64,000 bases of DNA from Azolla caroliniana. Its lineage: Eukaryota; Plantae; Polypodiophyta. Of the stretch, positions 13,225-24,400 are shown in pieces. Under the pieces are notes generated by a model, which ran no database searches, was not told the origin of the DNA, and worked only from the letters and a program-made list of their open reading frames with translations. The stretch is taken from NCBI GenBank assembly GCA_043228905.1, contig JBHGNT010000015.1, forward strand, positions 496,001 to 560,000, read 5' to 3'. Numbering within the stretch: position 1 is the first letter of the stretch; every line of letters starts with the position of its first letter. The position numbers were made by a program, and so were the translations under genes.

Positions 13225-16040
13225 ACGCATTATTGCGTAGCGTCTTCAGTATTCCCCCTCAAGCTTGGCATGTCAGGGATCATCAATCTGAGATCGGTCA
13301 TAAATTGTCATAGCTTGTCGGCTCCTAAGGCTTTAGTGAAGATGTCAGCCGTTTGAAGATTTGTGCTAATGTGTTGTAGGTTGACATCGCCAGCTAGAAC
13401 GCGCTCTCAGATGAAGTGATAGTGCACTTCGATGTGCTTTGTCCGCGCATGGAACACCGGGTTCCGAGCCAGATAGATACTGCTCATGTTGTCGCAGTAA
13501 AGGGAAGTCGGATCCTCGATGGGTACGCCCAGATCCTTCAAAATCCTCTTGAGCCATACGACTTCACACGCAGCTACGATTGCGCCCGTGTATTCCGCCT
13601 CCGTACTCGAAAGAGCGACGATAGGAGGCTTCTTGCTACTCCAGGATATTGCTCCGCTGCCGAGGGAGAAAACAAATACGGAGGTTGATCTTCTATCGGC
13701 TTTGTAGTTGGCCCAGTCGGCGTCTGTGTACCCCTCGAGTCGTATTGGCACTGTAGTCTTGTAGAGGATGCCGCAATCCATTATGCCGCTCACGTATCGT
13801 AGAACTCGCTTAGCGCAATCCAAGTGAGCATCACGCGGTGTTTGCATGAATTGGCTAAGGAGCCCGACCGGATAACTGAGATCGGGTCAAGTGATCGTGA
13901 GGTAGATGAGACTCCCGATGAGTTGCCGATACTGAGTCGGCTCACACGCTTTGGTGCCGGAGTTCGCATCTAGTTTTAGATTGCGATCGAGTGGGGTTGC
14001 CACCGATTTTCACTCAGCCATACCAAACTTGTATCACAAGTTGAGGATGTAGTGTCGTTGAGAGATCAGGATTCCGGCCGGAGTTCGAATTACCTCGATG
14101 CCGAGGAAGTAGTGGAGCTCCTTCATGTCCATCATCTTGAACTTGTCGGAAAGGAGGGATTTGACCTTATTGATTTCGACGAGGTGCTCACCTCCAATGA
14201 CTAGGTCATCCACATATAAGATGATGACGATCAGACTTGCGGAATAGCTTCGTATGTAGAGGGAGTTGTCCGATTTTGACATACGGAAGCCAATTTGATG
14301 AAGATATTGCGTTATCTTCGAATGCCAAGCACACGGTGCTTGCTTGAGGCCATAGAGTGGCTTCTTGAGTCGGCATACAACTTTCAGATGGGTGCTCAAG
14401 TTGAAGCCGGGTGGTTGTATCATGTACACCTCCTCTTCTAATTCTCCTTGTAGAAAGGCGTTCTTGACATCCATTTAATGGAGGTCCCACCCTTTCGTCG
14501 TGGCAAGCGCAATTACAATTCGTACCATCGTCATCTTTGCCACCGGGGCAAAGGTCTCTTCGTAGTCAATTCCGTGCGTTTGTGCGTAGCCTTTCGCTAC
14601 GAGTCGCGCTTCGTAGTGGTTGACGGAAGCGTCGGCATTGTACTTCACTTTGTAAATCCATCTGCATCCAATCACCTTTTTGTGTGGTGAGGTGGGAACA
14701 AGATCCCACGTCTCGTTCTTGTGTAGTGCCTGCATCTCCTCATTCATGGCTTCGATCCATCGTGGATCCTTGGCTGCTTCGGAAAAGGTTTCCGGCTCCC
14801 GTACTGTTGCTACCTTCATCATAAAGGTGTAATGGTACGCCATATAATCGTTGTAGCCGAATCGGCTTACAGGGTTCTTTTCACGGGTGGATCGGCGGAG
14901 CTTTTCATTTGCAGAGATCGGGGCTTTCTTAGCTCCAATTGGTACATCGAAGCCGCCGAACTAACTGTCGAGTGAGTGAGTCGACTCATTGTCGTCGAAG
15001 CGATCATCTTCGTATTCCGACATTTTCGCCTTGCCTTTGTCCATCTTCGGGCTAGGCCGTGATGTCCTTTGATCATTCAAAGGCTCTTGTGGTCCGCTCA
15101 GTCAGATTGTGATCGGATTGTCTTCGAACATGCGCGTAAGGCGATCTTCATCCTCTATTTCTTGTTCGGCGGATTCCAGGTTGAGCGGAGGCAGAGTCGA
15201 AGTTGTCTCTTGTGCGTACTAGGATGCGGACTCGTAAAAAACGACGTCTCGACTTACTCGAGATTTTCGAGTTGAGGGGTTGTAGCACTTGTACCCCTTT
15301 TGCTCCACTAAGTATCCTACGAGGATACATTTCTCCGACTTCGGGTCAAGTTTTTGACGCTTCTCGTCGGGGATGTGCACGTACGCTATTGCGCCGAATA
15401 TCCAGATGTGCGATAAGTCCGGCTACTTTCCGAAGTATTTTTCGTGCGGAGTGATCTCGTGCACGTCGGATGTTGTGCACCGATTCATTAGGTAGACGTC
15501 CGTATTTGCAGCTTCGGCCCAATATGACTTGGGCATATGCTTCTCGTTCATCATGGCCCGTGCTACTTTGAGGATGTGCCGATTTTTGCGCTCGGCTACG
15601 CCGTTTTGTTGCGGAGTGTGTCAGCAAGTGAATTCTCGCCGAATTCCTTCCTTTCGGAGATACGCCGTGAAATCGTCCGAGAAGTACTCCTTGCCGCCAT
15701 CCGATCGAAGGCAACGTATATGTCGGCCCGTGGCTGTCTCGACTTCATTCTTGAGTGTTTGGAAGTATCTGAACACTTCGCTCTTTTGCTGCATCGGGTA
15801 GATCCAAGTGTGCCTAGAGAAGTCGTCGATGAAGAGCACGTAATATCGGCATCCGCCGAATGTAGCTGTCTACATTGGTCCCCATACGTCGGAATGGACT
15901 ACGTTGTCGTAGTGTATTTCGTACACTACGTGAAAAAGTAAAAATAATATAACCGATTTAATTACATATAAATAAATAAAATAAGAATATTAAGATATTT
16001 ATCACCAATAAATAAAATAAGAATATCAAGATATTTATCA

Positions 16041-16112
16041 CGTGCATAGGGCAAGATTCGAACCCTGTACCTCCACATAGCCAAACCTCAACTTTACCAT
16101 TATGCTACCTTA
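16041..16112 (-). promoter_or_regulatory. tRNA-like Pol III internal promoter (A box and B box) inside the G LTR; second copy at ~18874-18945
   Basis: Minus strand reads GGTAGCATAATGGT...CAGGGTTCGAATCTTG, matching A-box TRGCNNARYGG and B-box GGTTCGANYC with tRNA-like spacing. A complete cloverleaf is not evident. Confidence 0.5.
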
Positions 16113-16690
16113 TCTTTAGTGTTCTATAAATAGATTTAATAACTATAAGTGCTTTATTTGCGCCTACCTTTATTAAAAAGGTAAATCATGCATTTTTAGA
16201 GTGCGTGAATATTTTATAGAAAAACGCAAGCAACTAAAAAGTGACTCATGCACATCTAGCGTGCATGAGCACTATATTTAGCAAATAAAAGCAAGGATTA
16301 AAAAAGCATGTAGTTATGCTTAGTCTCTCCCATCACTACATAAGGATGGGGAGCACAATGTAATAGGTGTGTGAAATATTTGGAAATTGGATATATTTCC
16401 GAAAACACCAACCGATTAATATAATCGTGGGATTCACGAAAATAATATAATCTATACTTGTGGGATTCACAAGTTTCTTATATCTTTCTTTCAATCTAAA
16501 TACATATTTTTATCTAAATATTGATTAATCGAATACAATACACTCGTGGGATTCACGAAATTTCTATCTCTCTTTCTAATAATCTATTCATTACTAGCCT
16601 CATCTCATATTCTTCTTTCTCCTAGTCCAAAACCCCAGTGGTTCCCACCCGACTCACGCAACGATCCGGAGCCGAAAGGCACGACACAGT

Positions 16691-16708
16691 TGGTGAACCC
16701 GACGTGAA
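16691..16708 (+). promoter_or_regulatory. Primer-binding site complementary to the tRNA-Trp 3' end
   Basis: TGGTGAACCCGACGTGAA lies 4 nt after the 5' LTR and is the reverse complement of the cytosolic tRNA-Trp 3' end (...TTCACGTCGGGTTCA-CCA), as recalled from known tRNA sequences. Confidence 0.8.
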
Positions 16709-16724
16709 GGCGGGTGGCAAGGAG

Positions 16725-18446
16725 ATGGAGAATCAACAAGAGGCAATGAGCATAACGATGATGATGATGTTCGAGCGGATGCTAGAAGAACAACGAGTGA
16801 TGTCGGAGATCACGGGGGCAGTAAAGCGGCTCGTACAACGAAACAGACAATTCAACGGAAACGATGTGTCACGCTATCTACGTGACTACAAGGCGGAGAT
16901 GATACGATGTGGGATACCGGAAGGATTGCAAGTGACATCCTTCAATCGGGTGGCCACGGATGAGCTACAAGAGAGAATCCACAAGATACGGCAACAAAAC
17001 TCGACATGGGGGTCATTCGAAGAAGCTTTACGAGAGGCATATGATTACAAGAGATCAAAGGGACAAGATCGGCGAAAATTCGACGAATGGGTGGCATCGG
17101 AGAAGACCCACCAAAGTGCAACACAAGCATTCCTAGAGTTCGAGCATCGTTTTGCTCGACTCTCGGAGCAGGAACAAAGATTGGTGGGGGAGGACAAAGT
17201 CCTAATGTTCGTAAGATCGATTGATCGGAAAGAAAGGAAGGACATCGGGATTGAACTCGAAGACGATGACGGTGCGAATGGTCTTACCGAAGATTGGGCC
17301 GAAGTCCAAAGGGTATGCCGGAGACATGATGAGAGGAAGATGAGAATCTTGTCAACAACATGGCCGATGAAGGATGGTCGATTGAAGACAAACGATGGAG
17401 CCGATATGAAGGCCGAAATACAACATGATGGTGCGACGGAAGAGGGTGTAAAACAAGCTACCCTCTTGTCTTGCGAAAGAACAACGACAAAGGATAAGGC
17501 CGATAACCCAAGTGTAGAAGAAGATTTCGGAATACAAGTGTCCGAAACATCGGGTGAAAAAGGGGTAAGCATAATTGATGTTTGCATAATTGATGCAGTG
17601 AAAGAGAGCAAGGAGGACTTGATTGAGGAGGTCGCCACGAAACATGACATCGAATCGAAGGTGGCTATGGACGAATCAATGGCGGATGGCCATATCGAGA
17701 CTTCCCCACCACTGATTCTAGAGACTCCGGCGGTTGCGTTCGAAAGGCAACGTGAGACCGAAGAGACGGAAGGTGGCGGAGAGAAAACAAAGGTCGAAGT
17801 CGATGCATACGAAGGAGAGATAGCCGAGAATATGGCTATGGGTGAAACAATGGAGGATGATAATACCGAGGATTCCTGCCCACTAATCCTAGAGACTTCG
17901 GCGGTTGTATTCGAGAACCAACGTGAGACCGGAGAGACAGGAGGTGGCGGCAAGAAAGGTAAAGTCGGAAGCCGTTTCGGATGGAAGGTGATCCGGACAG
18001 GATTCCGATCTGAAAGAAAGCCGAACCGGGTAAAAGAGGATTCGACCAAAAGTCGACCCGAAAGAAAGCCGAACCGAAAGGAAGAGAATTCGGCCGAAAG
18101 ACGACACAAACGAAAGCCGAACCGGGCGAATGAGGATTCGGCCGAAAGACGACCCGAAAGAAAGCCGACCCGAAAAGGGGTCGACTCGGTCAAAACCGAT
18201 CGACTGAGTCTGACTTGGTTGAACGCGAATATGGATGGAAGCCGACCTAGCCGAAAGCCGATCGGACAGAAGCTAATCCGACTCAATTGGAGGTTGGACC
18301 GGTCGAGGCTGGTGAAAACGAGGAAAAGAAAGCCAACCAAAACCGAAACCGATAGATCGAAACCGAGCCGGAAGGAGACCAACTCAATCGAAACCGAACA
18401 ACCGATTCCGATTCGGCCGAATACGAATCCGATCGGAAGCCGATGA
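16725..18446 (+). CDS. Gag-like protein of element G, with long acidic then basic repetitive C-terminal extension
   Basis: The N-terminal ~250 aa align by eye with the D Gag (FxEWV, EFExRFARLS, VLxFVxSxD, LTxDWAxVxRVCxR). This is followed by a duplicated PLILETxAVxFExQRETxETxGGG unit and RPERKPNR repeats. Confidence 0.8.
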   Translation: MENQQEAMSITMMMMFERMLEEQRVMSEITGAVKRLVQRNRQFNGNDVSRYLRDYKAEMIRCGIPEGLQVTSFNRVATDELQERIHKIRQQNSTWGSFEEALREAYDYKRSKGQDRRKFDEWVASEKTHQSATQAFLEFEHRFARLSEQEQRLVGEDKVLMFVRSIDRKERKDIGIELEDDDGANGLTEDWAEVQRVCRRHDERKMRILSTTWPMKDGRLKTNDGADMKAEIQHDGATEEGVKQATLLSCERTTTKDKADNPSVEEDFGIQVSETSGEKGVSIIDVCIIDAVKESKEDLIEEVATKHDIESKVAMDESMADGHIETSPPLILETPAVAFERQRETEETEGGGEKTKVEVDAYEGEIAENMAMGETMEDDNTEDSCPLILETSAVVFENQRETGETGGGGKKGKVGSRFGWKVIRTGFRSERKPNRVKEDSTKSRPERKPNRKEENSAERRHKRKPNRANEDSAERRPERKPTRKGVDSVKTDRLSLTWLNANMDGSRPSRKPIGQKLIRLNWRLDRSRLVKTRKRKPTKTETDRSKPSRKETNSIETEQPIPIRPNTNPIGSR

Positions 18447-21355
18447 AACCGAAAGTCGATCGGACGAGAGCGATCCGGAAAAAAGTCAAGGTTGATGAAG
18501 ACAAGAAAGAGGCCAGTAAAAGACACTACCACGAATGACAAGGGCCAAGAATATGACGAGAGAGAACAAAGAATATGGTGGATCGGATGGCGACAATGGT
18601 TCGGGTGGAAAGAATGGGTCTACTCAAAATGGAGAGACAAAGTTGACATAGCGGGACAAACGGAGGATGAAGGGGAGACAACGAGCATCGGCAACTTCGG
18701 CACATACCAGAGGATGTGCGGGTTCGGAGGGGGCGAGTGTCGTAGTGTATTTCGTACACTACGTGAAAAAGTAAAAATAATATAACCGATTTAATTACAT
18801 ATAAATAAATAAAATAAGAATATTAAGATATTTATCACCAATAAATAAAATAAGAATATCAAGATATTTATCACGTGCATAGGGCAGGATTCAAACCCTG
18901 TACCTCCACATAGCCAAACCTCAACTTTACCATTATGCTACCTTATCTTTATTGTTCTATAAATAGATTTAATAACTATAAGTGCTTTATTTGCGCCTAC
19001 CTTTATTAAAAAGGTAAATCATGCATTTTTAGAGTGCGTGAATATTTTATAGAAAAACGCAAGCAACTAAAAAGTGACTCATGCACATCTAGCGTGCATG
19101 AGCACTATATTTAGCAAATAAAAGCAAGGATTAAAAAAGCATGTAGTTATGCTTAGTCTCTCCCATCACTACATAAGGATGGGGAGCACAATGTAATAGG
19201 TGTGTGAAATATTTGGAAATTGGATATATTTCCGAAAACACCAACCGATTAATATAATCGTGGGATTCACGAAAATAATATAATCTATACTTGTGGGATT
19301 CACAAGTTTCTTATATCTTTCTTTCAATCTAAATACATATTTTTATCTAAATATTGATTAATCGAATACAATACACTCGTGGGATTCACGAAATTTCTAT
19401 CTCTCTTTCTAATAATCTATTCATTACTAGCCTCATCTCATATTCTTCTTTCTCCTAGTCCAAAACCCCAGTGGTTCCCACCCGACTCACGCAACGATCC
19501 GGAGCCGAAAGGCACGACAACGTCGAGTAGACCTTTGCTCACGTTCCGCTCTTTCAGGAATGGGTGTCGGTGTTGCTTGCTGAATTGGCACACTTCGCAT
19601 ACACCTTCAATCTCCTTCTCTTTGAATGTCGGGAGTCCGATGACGACTCCTTTCGATTTTATTGCTTTGAGCTTTTGGAGATTTATATGGCAATCCGCTT
19701 GTGCCATAACTCTATGTCGGAGTCGGCTTTCATGCCCATTGTAAACATGGCCGATTTCATTTCGTGTGAGTCGAGAATGAACATTCGACCCTCTCTTCGT
19801 CCACGTGCGATGAGTCGGCCCTCTTTTTCGATGAAGCGACCGCCTTGATTAAATCGAACTTGCATCCCTTGCTCTACAATTTGGCCGACGGAGACCAAAT
19901 TCTTTGTCATGGTCAGTACATGCAAGACATTTTTAATGTAATTTTGCTTACCTTCTTTTCCGAACAGAACATTGCCGATGTGCCAAATCGGGTGCATAGT
20001 GTCATCTCCGGTTTCGACATAACCGAGTCGCTCCGGCTCTCGAAGTTCGAGAAACCATTCTTTATGGGATGTCATATGGTTTGAGGCTCCGGAGTCAACA
20101 AACCATACATCCTCCGGATTGAGGGCACTAGTTGAGGTAGAGGCTGACATAGAGTTTGCTCTATGTTTCATCATGAACATACCGCCACGGTTAGAGTTAC
20201 GTGCATACATTCTGCCACAATCTTGGTAGTCGGAGTTGTTCACGTACATTCCACTATACTCTTCATAGTCGGAATTGTGCGCGAAATTCGTGAGTTGTCG
20301 GCATGTCGGCTTGTGGAAGCCGATTCATGCATCTTCTTTCGGCACTCTTCTTCGTAGTGCCAAGGTTTCCGCAATATCCGCATTCGGTTGCGTTTTGACA
20401 GCTCGAGCCGAAGTGGAAGCTCCCCCTTCTTGCGAAGGTTCCTCGTTGGCTTCCGTTTTGCGGCCGAAATTGGGAGTTGTTATCATAGGTCGGACCTCGT
20501 CCACCTTGTCCTTGGCCGAATCGGCCTCTCGACCGAGTGTGTGTAGAGCATGTGGCCTTCCGACTCATTGCTCCTTGTACGCACGTGGTTTTCTTCGACC
20601 AATAGCATTGATTGGAGCTCGAAGAAGGAGGGAGATTTCTCCCGTGCTAGAACGGCGGTTCGCATCGCGCCGAACCGTGGTGCGAGGCCGCCGAGGTATA
20701 CTTGAGCCATCTCATCATCATCGATATTTATGCTTATTGAGCCGAGCGAATTGCAAAGCCCCTTGATCTTCGAGGTGTATGTCGTAATGGACATGTCCCT
20801 TTGTTGAATGTTGTTCAACTCTTGGCGAAGTTGAAGCCTTCTTGTAGTTGTGTTCGCGGCGAAAATCTTTCATAGATTTTCCCATGCCTCCTTCGGCGTC
20901 TTGGTTTCGCGAATGTAGCCGAGCATATGATTGTGAACACATGTCGTCAAGCAATACATCATGGGCTTGTGGCTTGCTCCCATGTCGCGTATCATGGAGT
21001 CGCTTCGGCGGGTCGGTCTTCATGCGCTCCTTTGATGTAGCTCCAATAGCCTTGTCCGACAAGGTATTGGTGCATCTTGTACTCCCAAGATGCGAAGTTG
21101 TTTCGATCCAACTTCTCGGTAGGGAGAGCGCTCCCCATTTGAGTATTCATTATGTCGATTCTTCTTCTTCTTCTTCTCTCTTCGAATGCGAGCTAGGTAG
21201 CGAAGCTACGATGGCGATGAGCCGGTTCTTGGTCGTCGGCGTGGAGCACAACACACGATCACCATGAGGTGAATTGGCTAGATCGAACTACCAAACCTTG
21301 CTCTGATACCATGTAAAGAATCGGGTAAGATTCTTGTGTAGCGGAATAGGTGTGA

Positions 21356-21411
<56 letters not shown>

Positions 21412-24400
21412 ACAAAGAGAGAGAGAGAGAGAGAGAAGGAGTGAAAACACAGAGTATACGCAAGGGTAAGTATATTCACAAAGGAGAAAGACTCAACCAA
21501 ATAAAAGGTGGGAGGAGGGTGCTTTATATAGTCACCCTCTCTCTTCATTAACTACAAGACTCATGGAGCATGGGGAATGTGAAAGCTCATAAGTTATGTG
21601 TCATAGAATATGATTCTATGACTCATACTAAATGCTAGAATACAAAGTGGTGACATAATGGTGACTCTTGACCGTTGGAGTGTCTATTCACTCTCAGGGT
21701 GAGTTCATGTTACCGGCCGACAAAGGAGTCCACAGTGGGAAACAGAGAGTTAATTAAGTAGTAGGAATGTGGTTGTAATTAAGCTATGAGTGTGGACGGA
21801 CGGACCGGAAACGGTATGCCGTTCCGAATCCGGACCGATCCCGAACAGGTGCGGATGGCACCGTTGTCGAGGTATTCCTCGTGGATGTGTGGAATGAGGC
21901 GGGGCCTCGGGAGAAGGGAAAGGACCCACTACGTGTGGGCGTAGATTCACAGGCACACGGCCCTTCGACACAAAGACGCGAGTGGGACACGACGCAGAGA
22001 GACACGAATGTATGTATATATATATTAACAAGGACAAACAACAAGAAGCACGAAGTCGGTTACAATCGAACAGGCCAGCGAACAGATGCCGATACCTGTT
22101 CGTAAACGCTCAGAAAGAAAGGAGTAGGTTGGAGGTGCTGCCGGAAGCACTCGGGCATTCCTCAGAGCAGCGCGAGCCTCCCGAAACCCTGCACAGAAAG
22201 AAGCTACGGAGTATGGAAGAGAGAGAAGCCTTCGGCCCACAACCCGACAGTACTTCGTCCTCTCCAACCGCGATTCACCACTCCTCGTCTCCCTCGTTTT
22301 ATGGGCAAGAAAGGAGCCGTTTCCCATTAACTTCCTACCTACCGAATCTATGTACCTAATTCTCTCTTATGTACTACATGAGACGCACGTGCATGAAGAG
22401 CCGGTTCCTACGCTCCGGTGCATCGATCCCGCTTGTGGACGGTTTTCTTCACGACATCCGCCCCCACCTAACCGCGCATCCACCGGCATGCGCCAAATTG
22501 AGTTGGGACGGAGAAAACCGGTCCAGCCTTCATTCCCCGCCCGTCGGTTCTTCCTCGGTTTCAGATCGTTCATCGTCGTGGTACAGGTTAACCGGATCCG
22601 GCTCGTCGTCGCGACGCTTCTTGAACGATTTGATCCGCTTCCCAGCTACCGGTATCGCCATTCTCGTGCCGTCGAGCTCCGCCAGATGGTACGTCCCGTT
22701 GTCGTTGGCGCTTTGTACCACGTAAGGCCCGAACCACCTTCTTGCGAACTTCCGTGTCGCTCGGTGCTGGTTGTCGAGGCTGCTGTCGTAGACTAGCACC
22801 CAGTCGCCTTCCTCGATCTTCTTTGGTCGGAGCCGGTGCGTTCGGTCGAACCGGGCTTTGTTCCTCGTCCTTGCCACCCGAAGCTTTCCCGCAGCCTGCT
22901 CCACGTCCTCCGGTCTTCGCTCGAGCTGCCGTATGCGCGCCGCCAACAGTTCCTCCCGGCTCATCTCGTCTTTCCAGTCCATGGTTGCCCATGAGGAGAT
23001 CGTACGTTCCATCGGCATGATCGGCTTCTGCCCAAACATGAGCTCTGTCGGCATGAATACGGTTACCGAACAGTGCGTAGTTCGGTCCGCCCACAACGCG
23101 TAAGGCAGCAGCCGCGGCCAATTCCCGACTTGACCTCCGCATGCACAAACTAACGCCTTGACTATAGGTCCGTGTCCGTGCTCCACCTTCCCATTCGCCT
23201 CCGGATTGTACGCAGTGGTAAGCGAGAGCTTGACTCCTAGCCGGTCGAACAGCTCCTTGGCCTCTTCGGCATCCAACTCCCCACGATCAGCCACGATCTT
23301 CCTGACGCACCCGTACCGGCATATCACGTCCTCGATTAGGAACCGACATATGGCCGCGGTCGTTTTGTTCTGAAGGGCTCAGCCTTCCACCTAGTTCGTC
23401 AAATCTTCCCGAGCCAGGACCAGATACCGCATCTGTCCTACACCCATCGGCATCGTCACCAGATCTACCATCCATTTGAAGTGGATGGTCGGAGGGTACG
23501 TAGGGTGAAGCTCATCCCGATGTCAGACTATGGAGTGCATCTGACAGCTCTCGCAAGTTGTCATGAACCGTTGCACGTCCCGGTACAGTCCTGGCCACCA
23601 GTACTTCCTCTTTATCTTCTCGAACGTGGTCCACGTTCCACGGTGTCCAGCCCAAGGGCTGTCATGGTAGGCCGTCAGCAGCTCCTCCTGTTCTTCCTTC
23701 ATCGCCACCACCCGGAGCGGGACGCCGTTCCTCTTCTTCGGGTGCTTCCATAAGTATCCGTCCCGGAGAAAGAATCGGTATGTTTTCTTCCGGATCTGGT
23801 TGGCCTCGTCCCTCGTCCACGACGCATTCGGCGTCATTGTTCTCAAGAAACCACCGATCTGGAGCCACTCGCCGTCGTACTTGCTCTCGTCGAAGCCGTT
23901 AAGCGCCGGAGTGCTCGTCCCATCGGTCGTCACGTACGTTGCCTCGAAGAAGTCCACGCCGACTTCTTCGTCCTCCGAAACCATGCCGCCCTCGTCATCA
24001 AACCTCGCCCTTGAAAGCATGTCGGCCATGGCATTGTCCTTTCCGGAAATGTGTCGTATTTCCGGGTCCAGGGACTTGATGTATGCCATCCATCTGAGCA
24101 TCGCCAGGTCCGGTCTCGCGCATCCGGAAACCATGCCGAGAATTGGGAGGCAATCCGTCTCGATAATCACTTCTATCCCGATCAAGTAGTCTTTGTCGGC
24201 CTTTACTGCCGAAACGATACCCCAAAGTTCGCGTTTAACCTGGGCGTACCCTCGTTGTCGCTCACTGAGGACCTTCGTGCCGAATCGGATCGGGAACCGA
24301 ATGCCGTCCTCTTCTTCTTGGTTGACGACCCATCCGATCCCGGTCGGACTCGTATCCACCGTTATGTATACCGGGGTATCCTTCTCATAGACAGCTTTCC

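Larger units (their letters stand above)
15905..19519 (+). mobile_element. Non-autonomous gag-only LTR retrotransposon G (TR-GAG-like, Ty3-related), inserted in the integrase of Copia B. LTRs 15905-16686 and 18738-19519 (782 bp).
   Basis: Near-identical LTRs TGTCGTAG...CACGACA (about 3 differences by eye), perfect 4-bp TSD ACGT, PBS at 16691-16708 and PPT GGAGGGGGCGAG at 18726-18737. No PR/RT/RH/INT motifs. Confidence 0.93.

Noticed and set aside
16041-16112. Functional tRNA gene
   Set aside because: Acceptor and anticodon stems do not pair, so it is kept only as an A/B-box module.
17045-18541. 498-aa antisense ORF in element G
   Set aside because: Ser/Phe-rich mirror of the purine-rich, repetitive sense gag ORF, with no recognisable domain.
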